Assembly: GCA_963833985.1 (NCBI GenBank)
Contig: CAWIAD010000001.1
Span: forward strand, 2,016,001 to 2,080,000
Direction: 5' to 3'
DNA: 64,000 nucleotides
From: an uncultured Planctomycetaceae bacterium
GTDB taxonomy: Bacteria > Planctomycetota > Planctomycetia > Isosphaerales > Isosphaeraceae
In this document: one piece after another, positions 47,555 to 58,600 of the stretch
How the letters are laid out: the number at the start of each line of letters is the position of its first letter
Position numbering within the stretch: position 1 is the stretch's first letter
Position numbers and translations under genes: made by a program
Notes under the pieces: model-generated
Databases searched by the model: none
The model's input: only the letters and a program-made list of their open reading frames with translations
Told to the model about the DNA's origin: nothing

Positions 47555-48811
47555 TCACCTGGAACCGCGGCGGATGGCCTCCATGGGCCTGAGCCGCGAG
47601 GCCCGCCAGGCCGGGTAGAGGCCGCCGAGTGCTCCCAGAGCGGCGGCCATCTCCAGCCCCATTTGCCAGTGCCTCGGCGTGAGCGACAGCCGCAGACCGT
47701 GGTCAAGAAAGTGGTTTGCGACAAGCCCCAGGATCAGGGAATCAAGACAGCCAATCGCCCCGGCCACCAGACCCAGGCTGATGCTCTCGAAGAGCACCAG
47801 CCTGAGTACATCTCCGCGCGACCAGCCATTCGCCCGCAAGATGCCGAACTCGGCGATCCGCTCCGTGGTGCTCATCACCATGGTATTGAGAGTTCCCACG
47901 GCGCCCGCCAGCAGGGCCAGGCCTACCATCCAGAGCAGCAGTTCGTCTCCTTGGCCGATCGCGCGTCCGAGCACGGATCGGAACTCCGCCATCGTCCTCG
48001 CATCAACCCCGGGCACCCTGCTCTCGACCTGCGCGGCGATGGTTTCGGTCGATGCTGGATCCCCGGGTTCGACGAGGAAGCAGGAAACCGTCTTGTCGTC
48101 AAGCTGCAACAAGCGCCGGGCCGTGTGAATGTCCATGACGATGGTATTGTCCAGGAGCAAAGAGCCCGTCTCGTAAAGGCCGACGATCGTGAACCGAGAT
48201 CCGCCGATCACGAGCGCATCGCCCACGCGGCGTGGACGGCCGCTGTCGGCGGCGAAATCCCGGGCCAGCTTCGTGCTGATCACGATGCGCGGCAGGCCTT
48301 CATCGCCTGGGGCAAGAAAGCGCCCTCCTTCGCGCTCAGAGATCAGCATCCCGTCGCGGTATGGCTCACGGGTGAGCCTGGCATGCGCAGCGAGGTCCTG
48401 CCCCTCGATCTGGACCAGGTTGAGGATCCCCTGGAGTGATGGCTGACGTTGCCCGCTCTGCTCATCAGCGGTCGACCTTCGGAACAGGCTTCTGCCTTCA
48501 ATGGAGGGAGCGAGCTTCCAGATCTGTGGCGCCACCACGCGAACACCCGGAACGCGGCGGAGCGGCCCGGCCAGGTCCGCCGGCAAGTCGCTGAAGACAT
48601 CGCTGGGCGCGCCCTTGCGGAGGACCAGGATGCCGTCGACCTGGCTCAGGGTCGCATCGAGCAGCCCGCGGATCCCTTGGGAGAGACTGCAAAGCCCGAG
48701 GACCCCGACGACGGGGATGGACAGCCCGGCAATGGCCAGGCACGAACGCACCGGCCGGGAGCGCAACTGGCGCAGGGCGAACGCAAAGAGGCTCAAGTGT
48801 GCGATTCGCAA
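47555..48811 (-). CDS. ABC transporter permease (MacB/FtsX-like)
   Basis: RPVRSCLAIAGLSI, periplasmic domain, NTMVMSTTERIAEFGILRANGW, GGLYPAWRASRLRPMEAIR. Confidence 0.9.
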   Translation of the reverse strand: MRIAHLSLFAFALRQLRSRPVRSCLAIAGLSIPVVGVLGLCSLSQGIRGLLDATLSQVDGILVLRKGAPSDVFSDLPADLAGPLRRVPGVRVVAPQIWKLAPSIEGRSLFRRSTADEQSGQRQPSLQGILNLVQIEGQDLAAHARLTREPYRDGMLISEREGGRFLAPGDEGLPRIVISTKLARDFAADSGRPRRVGDALVIGGSRFTIVGLYETGSLLLDNTIVMDIHTARRLLQLDDKTVSCFLVEPGDPASTETIAAQVESRVPGVDARTMAEFRSVLGRAIGQGDELLLWMVGLALLAGAVGTLNTMVMSTTERIAEFGILRANGWSRGDVLRLVLFESISLGLVAGAIGCLDSLILGLVANHFLDHGLRLSLTPRHWQMGLEMAAALGALGGLYPAWRASRLRPMEAIRRGSR

Positions 48812-48814
48812 GGC

Positions 48815-50710
48815 TCAGGCCCGTCCTGGCCTGCCCCGCCGAACTGCCGCGTGCCGGCTGAAATGGGAACTCGTTGCTGCCGGCTGCGGGACGCTCGGCG
48901 TGAGGCGGTAATGGAAAACGGTGGCGACGTAATTGCTGCCCGCCTGGCCGGTATTGAGGCCGTCGAGGGCAACCCCTTGCTGGTTCATCACCGCGCCGGG
49001 TCCCTGGCCGATGATCTCCAATCTGTAGTATCGGTGAAAGTTCACCCGGAACTTGGTTGTGAGGGTGACCGAATTGGTGCCGGGGTCATAGCTTGCCAGA
49101 GCAATCGGATCGCGCCGGCCGGCAGGCCCGAGCATGACGTAACCGTTGACGTTCTCAACAGCCGACGGGTCCATCGGGCCGCTGTAGGTCAGCACGAAGG
49201 TGCTCGGATGGTCGTGCACCCCCACTCGGCGGCCGGAGACGACCGTTGGCGGGTCAGGCGCCGGGCTCGATTGCCCTGGGGGCTGAGTGGGCGTGGTCGA
49301 GCCGGCTGGCAGGCTGATGCTGAAGGGTACCGTCCCCAGTGCGACATTGTGCGTGAGGTCGACAAAGCTCGCGTTGAGATTTCCGGCAAAGGGGATGGAG
49401 CCGACCTTCAGCGTGACGTCGAAGGTGGCCGTACCACCGGGGCCAACACCGGTGACGAAGGGATAACTGGTCGAAAACGTGAGGCCGGCGGGCAGACCGG
49501 CCGAACTCAGGCCGATCGTGACCGGCTGCGTGGCAACGGTTTTGATGGAGCTCGCGATCGACTGCACCAGGGCGCTGCCGGTATCCAGGCTGTTCAGCAC
49601 GATCGGCTGGCCGGCTGTGTCCACCGCGCCGGTCAGCCGGGCGATGGCCGAGAAGAAGCCGCTCGGTGCCGTCGCAGGAAGGGAGGAGCTCGTCGCGGCC
49701 GCGTTCGGTCCCATGCCGATGACCTGGATGCCCAGGGCACCCAGCGCGCTGACCGTTTCCTGGACCGTGGCGCCGCCCAGCGGCACGACCGCCGGCTGCG
49801 GCCCCGTACCTGGCCCGCCCACGACCGTGCTCACGAAGCCGACACGGCCGCTGGTCGATTCGAGCGCGGTCGCGGGCACGCTCACGCCTCCCACTCCGGT
49901 GATGGTCGCGGGAATGCTGGAGCCGGCGAACGCCGCGACCGGCGCAGTATCCGTGGCGAGCAGGACAATATGTTGCGCGTCCGGCCGCCAGCCCATGCCG
50001 CCGAGCGAGCCCGAGGCGACGGCGACGTTGGAAGAGAACGGTGGGACGTCACCGCTGGGGCCAGGAGTCGTCGCCGTGCTGTTCAGCCCGGCTGGACCGC
50101 TGTCAAGCTTCGAACCATTGCCGTTGCCGTCGAATCCCAGACCGGTGGCCATCTGGTAGAGGGCCTGGAAATCGGGCTCGGGGATGTCTCCGCCGTCGCC
50201 TGCGCCAGTCTCGCTCAGGGCGCTGGCCATGAGCGCATTGAGGGTGGTTCCGTGTGCTGTCGCGGTGGCCGACGTGACGATTGGCTGATCGAGCGTGAAC
50301 GGCCGCGCCTGGAGAGTGTCTTGCGAAAAGTAGGTGCCCGGTCCGCCGTAGTCCGCCATCCTGGCCACACCGAAGCCGAAGTCAACCCCCGGAAGGGCCG
50401 CTTGCAGGGCACCCACCAGGCTCTTGAATTCCTGCTCAATGGTCTGGGCAAACTGGACGAAGCTGCCCGTGTCGTCGATCAGCAAGGCGATGTCGACCTT
50501 GTCAGACACGGCCGCCGGCGGCAGCGTGATGGAAAGTGGCAACGTCTGGGTTTTCGAGAGATCGAGAGCCGATCCCACTCCCAGGCTGACCGATGTCGGG
50601 TTCATGGTGCTGAGCTGCACACGCTCTTCAAGTCGGTCGAGAAGGGGAGACCGGCGGTTGCGGTTCAAACACCGCTTCTCGGCACGGGCAAACGGGAACA
50701 CGCGTCGCAT
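48815..50710 (-). CDS. Secreted vWA-domain protein with planctomycete LEPRxLL-like leader
   Basis: RRSPLLDRLEERVQLS; MIDAS DIALLIDDTGSF; GGDIPEPDFQALYQ; GWRPDAQHIVLLATD; C-terminal beta-rich module. Confidence 0.82.
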   Translation of the reverse strand: MRRVFPFARAEKRCLNRNRRSPLLDRLEERVQLSTMNPTSVSLGVGSALDLSKTQTLPLSITLPPAAVSDKVDIALLIDDTGSFVQFAQTIEQEFKSLVGALQAALPGVDFGFGVARMADYGGPGTYFSQDTLQARPFTLDQPIVTSATATAHGTTLNALMASALSETGAGDGGDIPEPDFQALYQMATGLGFDGNGNGSKLDSGPAGLNSTATTPGPSGDVPPFSSNVAVASGSLGGMGWRPDAQHIVLLATDTAPVAAFAGSSIPATITGVGGVSVPATALESTSGRVGFVSTVVGGPGTGPQPAVVPLGGATVQETVSALGALGIQVIGMGPNAAATSSSLPATAPSGFFSAIARLTGAVDTAGQPIVLNSLDTGSALVQSIASSIKTVATQPVTIGLSSAGLPAGLTFSTSYPFVTGVGPGGTATFDVTLKVGSIPFAGNLNASFVDLTHNVALGTVPFSISLPAGSTTPTQPPGQSSPAPDPPTVVSGRRVGVHDHPSTFVLTYSGPMDPSAVENVNGYVMLGPAGRRDPIALASYDPGTNSVTLTTKFRVNFHRYYRLEIIGQGPGAVMNQQGVALDGLNTGQAGSNYVATVFHYRLTPSVPQPAATSSHFSRHAAVRRGRPGRA

Positions 50711-51160
50711 GATTCTGGACCTTTCATGGAAACCGAGCCCTCCACGCGGATGCTCCGCACCATCACTTCGCCGATTCCTCCTGGTCGTGCCGGTGACCGC
50801 GAGCACCCGATCGAACGCGACACTTCATACAATCCCTGACCGCGAGCTGACATTCAAGCATGTGAATCACGGCAATGACGGCAAAACGGTCCTCCTGGAG
50901 TTTACACGACGCGGAAAAAAAGTGGGCAGGTCAGCGCATATTCTTGACGGTATCGGCGTCAGGGGTCCGGCTCGGCGCGCGTTGCTGTGCCCTGGCGGCA
51001 TGAGCGGAAATCAGCGGATGGTGATCACGGCGGTCTCCCGGGGAGGTATCTCCGTCTCCCGGCGCCGGCGTACCGTCCCACTTGAGAGACTATGCAGCAC
51101 GCCCGTGAATTCAAGCCGCGCATCCCGCACAATTGACAGACCCGCGGGAGATTCGTCAAC

Positions 51161-52613
51161 ATGATCCGATCGGCGTTTGCTTTCGTCAACGCGCGGCACA
51201 AGGCCATGCTCAACTGGCGACCGAGGTGGAACTGGCGTCGGCGGCTGAGACTGAGCGTCCGGCTCAGCCTCCTGGTGGTGCTGATCCTGGCGGTGGCACT
51301 GGCGCCACTGGTGAACCGTGCGTCCAGCCGGCGGATTGCGACGCGTGCCATCCGGCGCAGGCGGTCAGGTCGTCGTGGACCCGGGGTGGGCAAGCCAGTG
51401 GGTACCAGCCCGGCTCCGAAGCCTGCTCGGCGACGAATACTTTGATGAAGTGACCAGAGTCAACTTCCAGGCCTCACCCAACGTCTCCAGCGAATCGCTG
51501 CGGGCGCTCCCTCGGGTCGGCACGCTGACGCAACTGGACTTGCAGGGTTCATCACTGGACGACCGCACCCTGGCCGACTTGAAGGAACTGCGCGAGCTCC
51601 GCGTCCTGCACCTTGGGGACTGCGACATCGGCGGCTCCGGACTGTCCCCCCTGAAATCCCTCACCCGCATCGAGGATCTCTCGCTCTCGAATACCAGCAT
51701 CACCGATGACGCCCTCGAAGAGCTGAGCGGGCTGGCGAGCCTGCGTACGCTCGACCTCAGCGACACCGCGATCAGCGACCGCGGGCTGCGGCCCCTGGCC
51801 GCGCTCGAACAGTTGCAATCGCTCAACCTGGCCGGTACGCGCGTGACCGGGGCCGGACTGGCCCACCTGAAAACGCTGCACAACCTCACCACCTTGAACC
51901 TGGATGGCACGAAGGTCGACGACCCGGGGCTGAGCCAGCTTCCGGAGTGGCCGATGCTTGGATCGCTGAACCTCGCGGGAACGCGCGTTCGTGGAGAAGG
52001 ACTTCGTGCCCTGGAGCGGTTACCGGTCCTGGCGGAGCTCGATCTTTCCGGAACAGGCGTCGGCGACGAGGGAATCGCACACCTTACCAGACTCTCGACC
52101 TTGACGAGCCTGTCGCTCGACTCCACGCGGATCACCGATGCCGGGATGCCAGCGCTGAGCCCGCTGGCACAGCTGCGGGCCCTCAGCCTGGACGGCACTC
52201 TGGTGGGCGATCAGGGCCTGGCCGCGCTGGAGCTGGTGGGGACTGCCCCGTCGCCCCTCGCGGCCCTGTCGTTGAACAACACCAGGGTGACCGACGCCGG
52301 ACTGGCTCACCTCAAGCGCTTCACCGCACTCCAGTATCTCGGGCTCCATCACACCCGCGTGGGAGATGCCGGCGTATCGCACCTGTACGTTCTGGGCAGC
52401 CTGAAGACGCTCGACCTCGGCGGCACGAGCCTCGGAGACGAAGGGCTTCTCGGCCTCTCCAGCCTGGCCGCGTTGAAGTCGCTCGATGTGGCCGGAACCC
52501 GTGTCAGTCCGCTGGCTGCTCAGCAGTTAAGCCAGCTCCGGCCTGATATAGACCTGAGCTTACCCTACGCAGCACCGATGCTCCGGGACGGCAAGCACCG
52601 GAAGCCGGATTGA
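51161..52613 (+). CDS. Membrane-anchored leucine-rich repeat protein (frameshift ~51357)
   Basis: RLRLSVRLSLLVVLILAVALA anchor, WVPARLRSLLGDEYF, then about 14 LxxLxLxxTxVxDxGL repeats of ~24 aa. Confidence 0.88.
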
Positions 52614-55600
52614 TGCTGTGCATGCAATTGCTTTTACTTGATGTTTTGAGGCCTTTCCTGTTGCGCTCCTCGCGCAGGGACTCCGGCAGTTTTCGGGGCC
52701 ACTGGCCGGCATAGCTGACGTTGCGTACGCGCACCTCGGTCTCGTCGGCGTAATGGAAGAGGCCGAAGATCCGCTGATTTGCCGGTTCCAGGCGGCGCAC
52801 GGCGATCTCGGTCTGATTCAGTCGTAATGTCACGCGATCGCCGGCCAGGGACAGCACCAGCCGGTTCCAGTCCTTCGGTTTCAAGGGCAGCGAGGAGGGG
52901 CCGCGCGTGGTATCGGCCTCGGAGCAGGCGTTGTCGGCCTTGAGCCCGTTTCGCTCGAACTGAGCGTCGGTCAGCCAGTGAATCTTCACCCCGTCCGGCT
53001 CCAGCAGGAAGGCCAGGCGGCCGAGCGCGGGGTGGACCATCGTCTCGCCGGGCTCATAGTAAAAGTCGTAGCCGATCTCTCCGTCTTCCAGCAGCGGGTG
53101 ATTATATCGTAAAACGCTCTCCAGTTTTTTTCTGCTTGAATCACCTTGCAGGTGCCCGATGATCTCATCCCCGCGCTTGTCCCAGTCGGCGTCGTTCACG
53201 CCCACCGAGTCGCCGTAATCGTCGGCCAGCCAGCCGGTCAGGTCCGGCAGCGCGCTGAGGTCGAGCCGCTCCGGAATGCTCGGCTGCCCTGAGATTGTGA
53301 TCTTGCGGGCACTCCCCGCGAGATGTCCCTGCGCAAAGAAGGCCAGCCAGGGATCGCACTCGCGGGGCAACGACGCCTCGTGAATCTTGCGGCCATCCAC
53401 GAAGGTTGTCATCCTGCCCGACTTGACGACCAGCCGGAACGGGTACCAATCGCCGATCTTCTCGAAAGGGGGCACGAGCGCCAGGTCCGGCAAGAACCGT
53501 CCGTACTGGTACCGATCCACGTGCTTGAGGTCGTACTTGAGCGCCGCGGCCAGCCCGCCGTAGCTCACGCGGATCTCCCGCCAGTTGAACGAGGTGAGCT
53601 CGCAGTCGAGCTGGAAGTCGCCCCGAAGCGGCGTCGCGAGATAGAAGAAGTCATTGCCATGGCCCGAGAGATGATCAATCTGCCCATCGTGCATGGTCCA
53701 CCGGGAGACCGGCTCGCCGCGGCCGCGCGTCTCGCGCGCGTGTGCGTCACCCGCGCCCAGGGAGCGGACACGGGGTCCGTGCCGGACGGCCTGGCCGCCA
53801 TGGCCGGGTCGGAGAGGACCTGCGCACGGGAGCGCAGGCTCTTGAGCTGCCGCTCCCAGAGGGTCATGCCCATCTTCGACTGCGCGAAGGCAATGGCGGG
53901 ATCCAGCAGCGCCAGGGCGGCCGTGCGCAGCCGCGGGCGCTCGATGGCCCGCGCGCACGCCACGGGCTCGGGCCAGCGCTCCCATGCGGGCACTTCCGGG
54001 CCGACCTTCGCGAGCAGGCCGGCAAGCCGCCGCAGCGACTGCTCCGCGACCACCTCGTCGCCCTGGGCGATCTGGATCAGGATCTCCAGTGCCAGCTTGC
54101 CGCGCGCCCCCGCCGCCCCCTCGGCCGACGCCGTCCGCACCCGATCGGCCAGCTCGTCAAGCTTGCCCAGCGCCCTGGCCGCGTCGACCAGCCCGAGCGC
54201 AGGGGCTTCGAGAACTCCGCCGGTTTGAAGCCGGACCTGCTCTGCCTTTTCCGGTCCCCTGGCCGGATAGCTGGGCGTGAAGCTGCCCTGAAGCCGGAAG
54301 ACGGGGTGATCGACCGACGGCAAGACCCAGGACGCCAGCGCGGGGTAGCGTTCCTCGAGCTTGAGCGTGCGCGCCTGGGCCAGAACCTTGCCGGCCTCCC
54401 GGCAGTAGATATCCTCGCCGATCACGGCATGGCGCGCCTTCCGCTCCGCGACCGAGCCCGCGGCATCGGTCGGCTTGAATACGAGGCGGTCGCGGTCAAC
54501 CGCGGAGAGCGTCTCGGGCCAACGCCCCTTGAGCACGACGTTGCGGACCAGGACCGAGGTTCGCTCCTTGTCGTGGAAGAGGCCGAACTGACGGCTGTTC
54601 TCCGGCTCGAGGCGACGCTGCACGATTTCCTGGCCGTTGAGCCCGATCCGGATCACGTCGCCGGCGAGGCTGGCCTCGACACGATTCCAGTCACCGGCTT
54701 TCAGAGGCAAAGGCGCGGGACCGCGCCGGGATCCGGGCTCGTCGGCCACGTTGTCGGCGGCCAGCCCCGACGGGTCGGCCGGCCCCAGGGTCAGCCAGTG
54801 CAGCCGCACCCCCTCCGGCTCCAGCAAAAACGCCAGCCGATCCAGTGCGGGGTGGACCATCACCTGGCCGGGCTCGTAGCGGAATTCAAAGGACAGCACA
54901 TCTCCGTCGCGCAACGGGCGGCAATAGGTCAGCACGCTTTCACTCGCGGCGGCCGTGGAGACCGTTTCCTGGCCCGGAGCGTCATACTGGCGGCCCTTCA
55001 CGAGGCCGGGCGTCAGGACGCGACGGCCGCGGATCACGCCGTCCTGCGCCGACCAGTCGTAGGCATCGGGATCATCGGGCGCCCGCGGTGTCCGTCTCGC
55101 GGACGCCGAGCGGTTGCGAGTCCGGAGCGACCTGTTCATGGTGTTGCCAAATCGGTCGGTGGTGACGGTCATCCGCCGGGGCGGCTGGGTTTCGTTGTAG
55201 AAGCTGGAAACCCAACCTTCCAGGCGGTCCGCCACGCAGAGCGGCACGGCGCGGGGGATTTCCGGGTTGCCCTTGAGGGTGATTCCGCGCCAGGCCGTGT
55301 GCCGCTCCCTGCGCGTGAAGAGAGCCAGCCAGGGGCTGGTGGGGCTGGGCTCCTTGTCTTCGTAGAATGGGTGGCCATTCACCAGGTAGCGCACCGCGGC
55401 AGGCGTCACCTGGACCGTGATGTCGTTGAAGTCGTTGAGCCGGCTCAGCTTCCAGGGAACTTGCACGGTTTCACTGGCACCGACCGGAAAAACCTGGCTG
55501 AAGTTGCCGATCCAGAACGGCTCGGCGATCAGCCCGGCGTACGAGCAGGCCGCCTCCTGCCAGGAACCGTGAGGCGCTTCGAGGGAGACCTCAAAGCTGC

Positions 55601-58600
55601 CGGCCAGGGGATAGTCGAAGATCAGCAGGTCCTGCTCGGGCCCGGCAATGTGCGCCACATGGCCTTCGTGGCCGATCCAGAGCGCGGGTACCACGCTCTC
55701 GCGCACCGTGGCCGCGCTGCGGTAGCTGGCCGCATGCCAGAGCGGCGTGTGGTTCTCGGCCGCGGCGATGATCGACGGAGCCTCCAGCCGGCGCGCTGCG
55801 CGCTGGCCAGGTCGCGGTGCAAGTTCGTCAAAGCAGCCACATTTTGATATCTTTGAGCTTGCTCGAGCAGAGCTTCCAGCAGGTGCATGCCGGTCTCGCG
55901 GGTAGGCTGGTCCTGCGCGGCCAGGGCCGCGCGGGCGGCAAGGTAATCGGACCAGGGAAAACCGCGCGGCTTCTGGGCATTCGGGCCGGGTCTCATACCC
56001 AGCTGCGGCTGCGCAGGAGCCGCATTCTCCTTGATCAAGGCGGCCAGCCGGTCCTGAAGGCCTGCGCGGGCATCATCGGTCTTGCCTTGCGCCAGCAGGA
56101 GCAGGAGAAGAAGCACGTCGCCGTTCTCGATCTTCTGCTCGGCGGCCGCTCGGACCTGCTGCGCCAGCTCGTTGATGGTCCCGGCTTCCCTGGCGGCGTC
56201 AATGAGGCAGGTCGCGGTGCTGATGAGCGAATCGCTCGATTGGACCTGACCGCCGGAGCGTGCTTCCGCGGACGCCCGAGGTGCGAAGCTAATGGGCGGG
56301 TTGGACGGTGTGTCGAGCGACGCGAGCAAGCGGACCATCCGCCGCGACGGCGCCGGCATGGTCCAGGCTTTCAGGGCGTCGTAACGCTCCCGTGCCGGCC
56401 TGCCGGCGAGCTGCCTGACCAGCAGCCCCAGCACTTCGCCGGCCGGCGGGTCGCCACTACTGTAGCTGGGGGCGTCGACGGATCGGCCCAGCCAGTCCAG
56501 CGTGTCGGTCCAGAGCCCGGCACGGGCGAACTCGGCGGCCACGCGGTGCAACTGGACTTTCCGCTGGTAGAGGACGTAGTCGCCGCCGTAGTAGTCGCTC
56601 AGCGAGCGCTCCATCGCGTCGATGTATTCGCCAAGCTGCTTCCGTCCCGCCGCGACGTCCCCGATCTGGAACTCGTTCCGTGCCAGGATGAGCCGCAACT
56701 GACTCAGCGGCTCCGGCGCGTTCGGGCCCTCGAACGCGTGCACGGCGGCATCGAGCACCTTGACCGCGGCCTTGCGAGTCGCGGCCCGCTCGAGTGCCGG
56801 GAGTGCGGCTGCAAGGGCGAGCTGCGCCGAGGCATGCAGGGTGTCGCGTTTCAGACGCTCGGCAAGGTCGGCCAGCAGGGTGGCCGCGCGGGCATCGTTG
56901 CCCGCCGCCAGGGCAAGCTGTGTCGCAAGTACACTGGCTGCGAGCTGAGCCATGGGCTGTGCCTTGCGCGCTTCGATGGCCTGCTGGAGCGCAGTGATGC
57001 GGTTTGCGCGGCAGGCCCACGCGGCCAGCATGGCTCCCGCGCTGCGGGGCCGGTGTGTACCGCCCTGTGTGATGCCCTGGGCATAAAGGAAGATCTCGGC
57101 CGGGCGGGCGTCAGGCAGCACGGCCTGGCGGAGCGTATCATAGATCAGTTCCGGCGGAGCATTTCGCCTTTGCCAGACGGATTCCAGCTCCGTCAGCAAG
57201 GCAACCACGCGGGGCGTGACCGGATCGGCGGGCTCGACCGGCTCGCCGTTCCGGGTCACCATGCGCACCGTCCGCCGACCGTTCGTGGCGGGCTCGATGT
57301 GCACCGGGGGCCCTCCCTTGAGGGCCTCGCGGGCGGCCCGTGCACTGAGGGCGAAAAGATCATGGGCCGCGGCCAGCTTGGCCACCTCCATGGCCTGCTC
57401 GAAGCGATCGAGCGTCAGCAGCGACACGTTTCCGCGGCCAGCGGGCGCTGGCTGTGGCTGAGTGCTCATGCGGCCCGCGGCTGTGGGCGGCGCCGGGGCC
57501 TGGCCACGCAAGGCGACCTGGCGGATCAGCCGCGTCGGGACGGGATTTACCGGGGCCTGGGTCGTACTCCGCGCCGAGGTCGCCGGCGCAGGTGCGGCCT
57601 GGGGAGGAGGGACGGCCACCGGCGGTGTGCGCCGTGGGACCGCTGGACCCTGGTTCTGGCCGCCGGGCTTCTTGCGCTGGTCGCTCTGGAGAATGGCCTC
57701 CAGCATCCGCTCCCAGGCGGTCTCGGCGGCCTTGCGGTCACCGCGATCCAGCGCGAGCTGCCCGCGCTCGCGGAGCATGGCCAGCGTCCAGCGGTTATCG
57801 GCCTGGCGCCCGGCCGCCTCGAGCGCTCGCTCGGCCAGCCGGTCGCCCGTCTCGCGAAATTCGGGCCTTTGCCAGCACGCCCGCGCCACCAGCCAGAGCG
57901 GAACCTGTTGCAGCGCCAGCGCGCGCTGCCGGGAGTTGGCCCGGGCACCTGGCGGAAGCGGTTCCAGGGGCGCTTGCCGGATGGCCTGGTCGAGACGCTC
58001 GAGCGCTGCCTTGCTCGCGGGCGGGTCGCCGCCGGCCAGGGCGGCCAGGCAGGACGCGACGGCCACGGACAGGTCGCCCGGGTGGCTCTGCCCCAGGCGC
58101 TCGAGCTGCCTGGTCACTTCCTTGAGCCGATCCGGGTGACTGGCGCAGGCCCGGATCGATTCTTCGAACAGGCTCCGCACGCGGATCTGGTCGACGGCGC
58201 GCGGATACACCAGCAAGACCAGGTCCACCAGGGGAGCCTCTTTCCTGGCCGCCTTCTTGCGGCCTTCCCTGGTCTCGTCCTTTCTGGGACTGGTCTTGCC
58301 GGCGTCTTCTCGATCGATGAGCTGGGGCAGGCTGCTTGCCAGGTCCTCGGCGCTCAAGCCCTGGAGCGCCTGGTTCAGCCCATCACGAATCTGCTTGAGC
58401 ATGGACTCGCGATCCATGTAGTAGTTCGGGGCGTCGACCGGCATCGCCTCCGCGGCTGCCAGAGCATCGTTGTAGACGGGCACGGCATCGGTGACGGCCC
58501 CGAGGTCGATGAGCTCTTTCGCGACCGAGGTCTTGCCGGCGACGCGCATTTGCTCGACATATTCCTCCGCGTAACCAGGGAAATCCCTGGGCTTGAGGTA

